Source of the DNA: a virus
Taxonomy: Duplodnaviria; Caudoviricetes
Length of the DNA stretch: 34,362 nucleotides
IMG/VR virus record: IMGVR_UViG_3300037484_000197
Location: 1-34,362 of that record
Strand: one strand, 5' to 3'
Made by a program: the position numbers and the translations under genes. The notes under the pieces were generated by a model. The model did no database searches, had not been told where the DNA came from, and was given only the letters and a program-made list of their open reading frames with translations. Positions 33,762 through 34,362 of this stretch are shown in pieces (the first letter of the stretch is position 1; each line of letters begins with the position of its first letter).

Positions 33762-33804
33762 ACAAGATGAGATCATCGAGAAGCACCCGATGATCTCATC
33801 TTGT
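33762..33804. repeat. 17 bp perfect inverted repeat (hairpin) after the tail-tube gene
   Basis: ACAAGATGAGATCATCG-N9-CGATGATCTCATCTTGT. Confidence 0.9.
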
Positions 33805-33823
33805 TCTACCTTCTGGTAGACTC

Positions 33824-34360
33824 TTAGCTATTGATCAGACCGCCGATCGCAGAACCGGTTACAACCGAGTTCAGGATCTGACGAGCATGGTCAAAGCGAA
33901 CGGTCAAGTCAATGGTGACTTTTTCACCGGTTGAGTAGTCCAAATCGCCCCAGTTCACTGCCTGTAGGAAGCAGCCTTCATACTTCCAAGATTCAGTAAC
34001 TGCTTCATTACCGTCAAGCATCTCAAGTTGCATACCGAACTTGTAAGAGAACGCTGTAGGAGCGGTATTTAGCCATGGGCCGGTTACACCGATCAAACGC
34101 TGCTGCATCTCAAGCTGAGACTGGATCGCGTGCGTTGCACGGTTGGTAATGTCATCTTCTATCGTCAGAGTTGCTGGATCGAAGGTGTGCTTACCTGCAA
34201 CATAAACGCGAGAGTTGTAACGGTCAAGCTGAACGTCTTCAAACGAAAGGCTCGGACGAGTATGAGTGATGACCTGAAGGGATAGATCGTTGGGAACGCC
34301 GGAAGTAGATCCGGAAATTCCACCGAGACCGGTGAAGAGAACTCTCCAACGGTTTTTAGC
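33824..34360 (-). CDS. Tail tube protein, gp19-like (5' end outside window)
   Basis: Frame open to the edge: KNRWRVLF...RPSLSFE...YNSRVYVAGKHTFDP...WKYEGCFL...GDLDYS...LTVRFDHA. Confidence 0.88.
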   Translation of the reverse strand, partial: AKNRWRVLFTGLGGISGSTSGVPNDLSLQVITHTRPSLSFEDVQLDRYNSRVYVAGKHTFDPATLTIEDDITNRATHAIQSQLEMQQRLIGVTGPWLNTAPTAFSYKFGMQLEMLDGNEAVTESWKYEGCFLQAVNWGDLDYSTGEKVTIDLTVRFDHARQILNSVVTGSAIGGLINS

Positions 34361-34362
34361 TT

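Noticed and set aside
1-34362. tRNA, rRNA, CRISPR array, integrase or transposase
   Set aside because: None seen; intergenic gaps are short and accounted for by promoters and hairpins

Overview
This 34.4 kb window comes from a large T4-like myophage, probably a jumbo phage. All credible genes lie on the minus strand. In transcription order (right to left): a tail-tube gene (partial), a DUF1353 protein, a second tube-fold protein, the gp4 head-completion nuclease, a GIY-YIG homing endonuclease and a probable small terminase. Next is a run of enzymes that share an N-terminal 'MKLxELxE' tag: a Nudix hydrolase, a kinase, a nucleotidyltransferase-ART fusion and others. The large terminase is fractured by an atypically split intein (41 aa IntN, 115 aa IntC) with a free-standing Vsr-like endonuclease between the halves. 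It is followed by a cluster of truncated copies of virion and packaging proteins: a TerL ATPase-only paralog, GroES, a capsid(Gol-region)/portal chimera and a tail-sheath C-terminal domain. Then come the ssb-uvsX-groES-uvsY-mazG-uvsW recombination block, a second GIY-YIG and Acb1/57B. A putative DNA-hypermodification locus (SGNH-like protein, inositol-1-phosphate synthase, aGPT-PPase-like enzyme, glycosyltransferase, HAD phosphatase, divergent C5 methyltransferase) precedes class Ia nrdA/nrdB. The best candidates for undescribed systems are (1) the structural-fragment 'decoy' cluster at 19.7-21.7 kb, (2) the inositol-linked modification locus and (3) the tagged enzyme cargo. All family calls come from motif recognition by eye; no database searches were run. 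Some single-base frameshifts in homopolymers may be sequencing errors.
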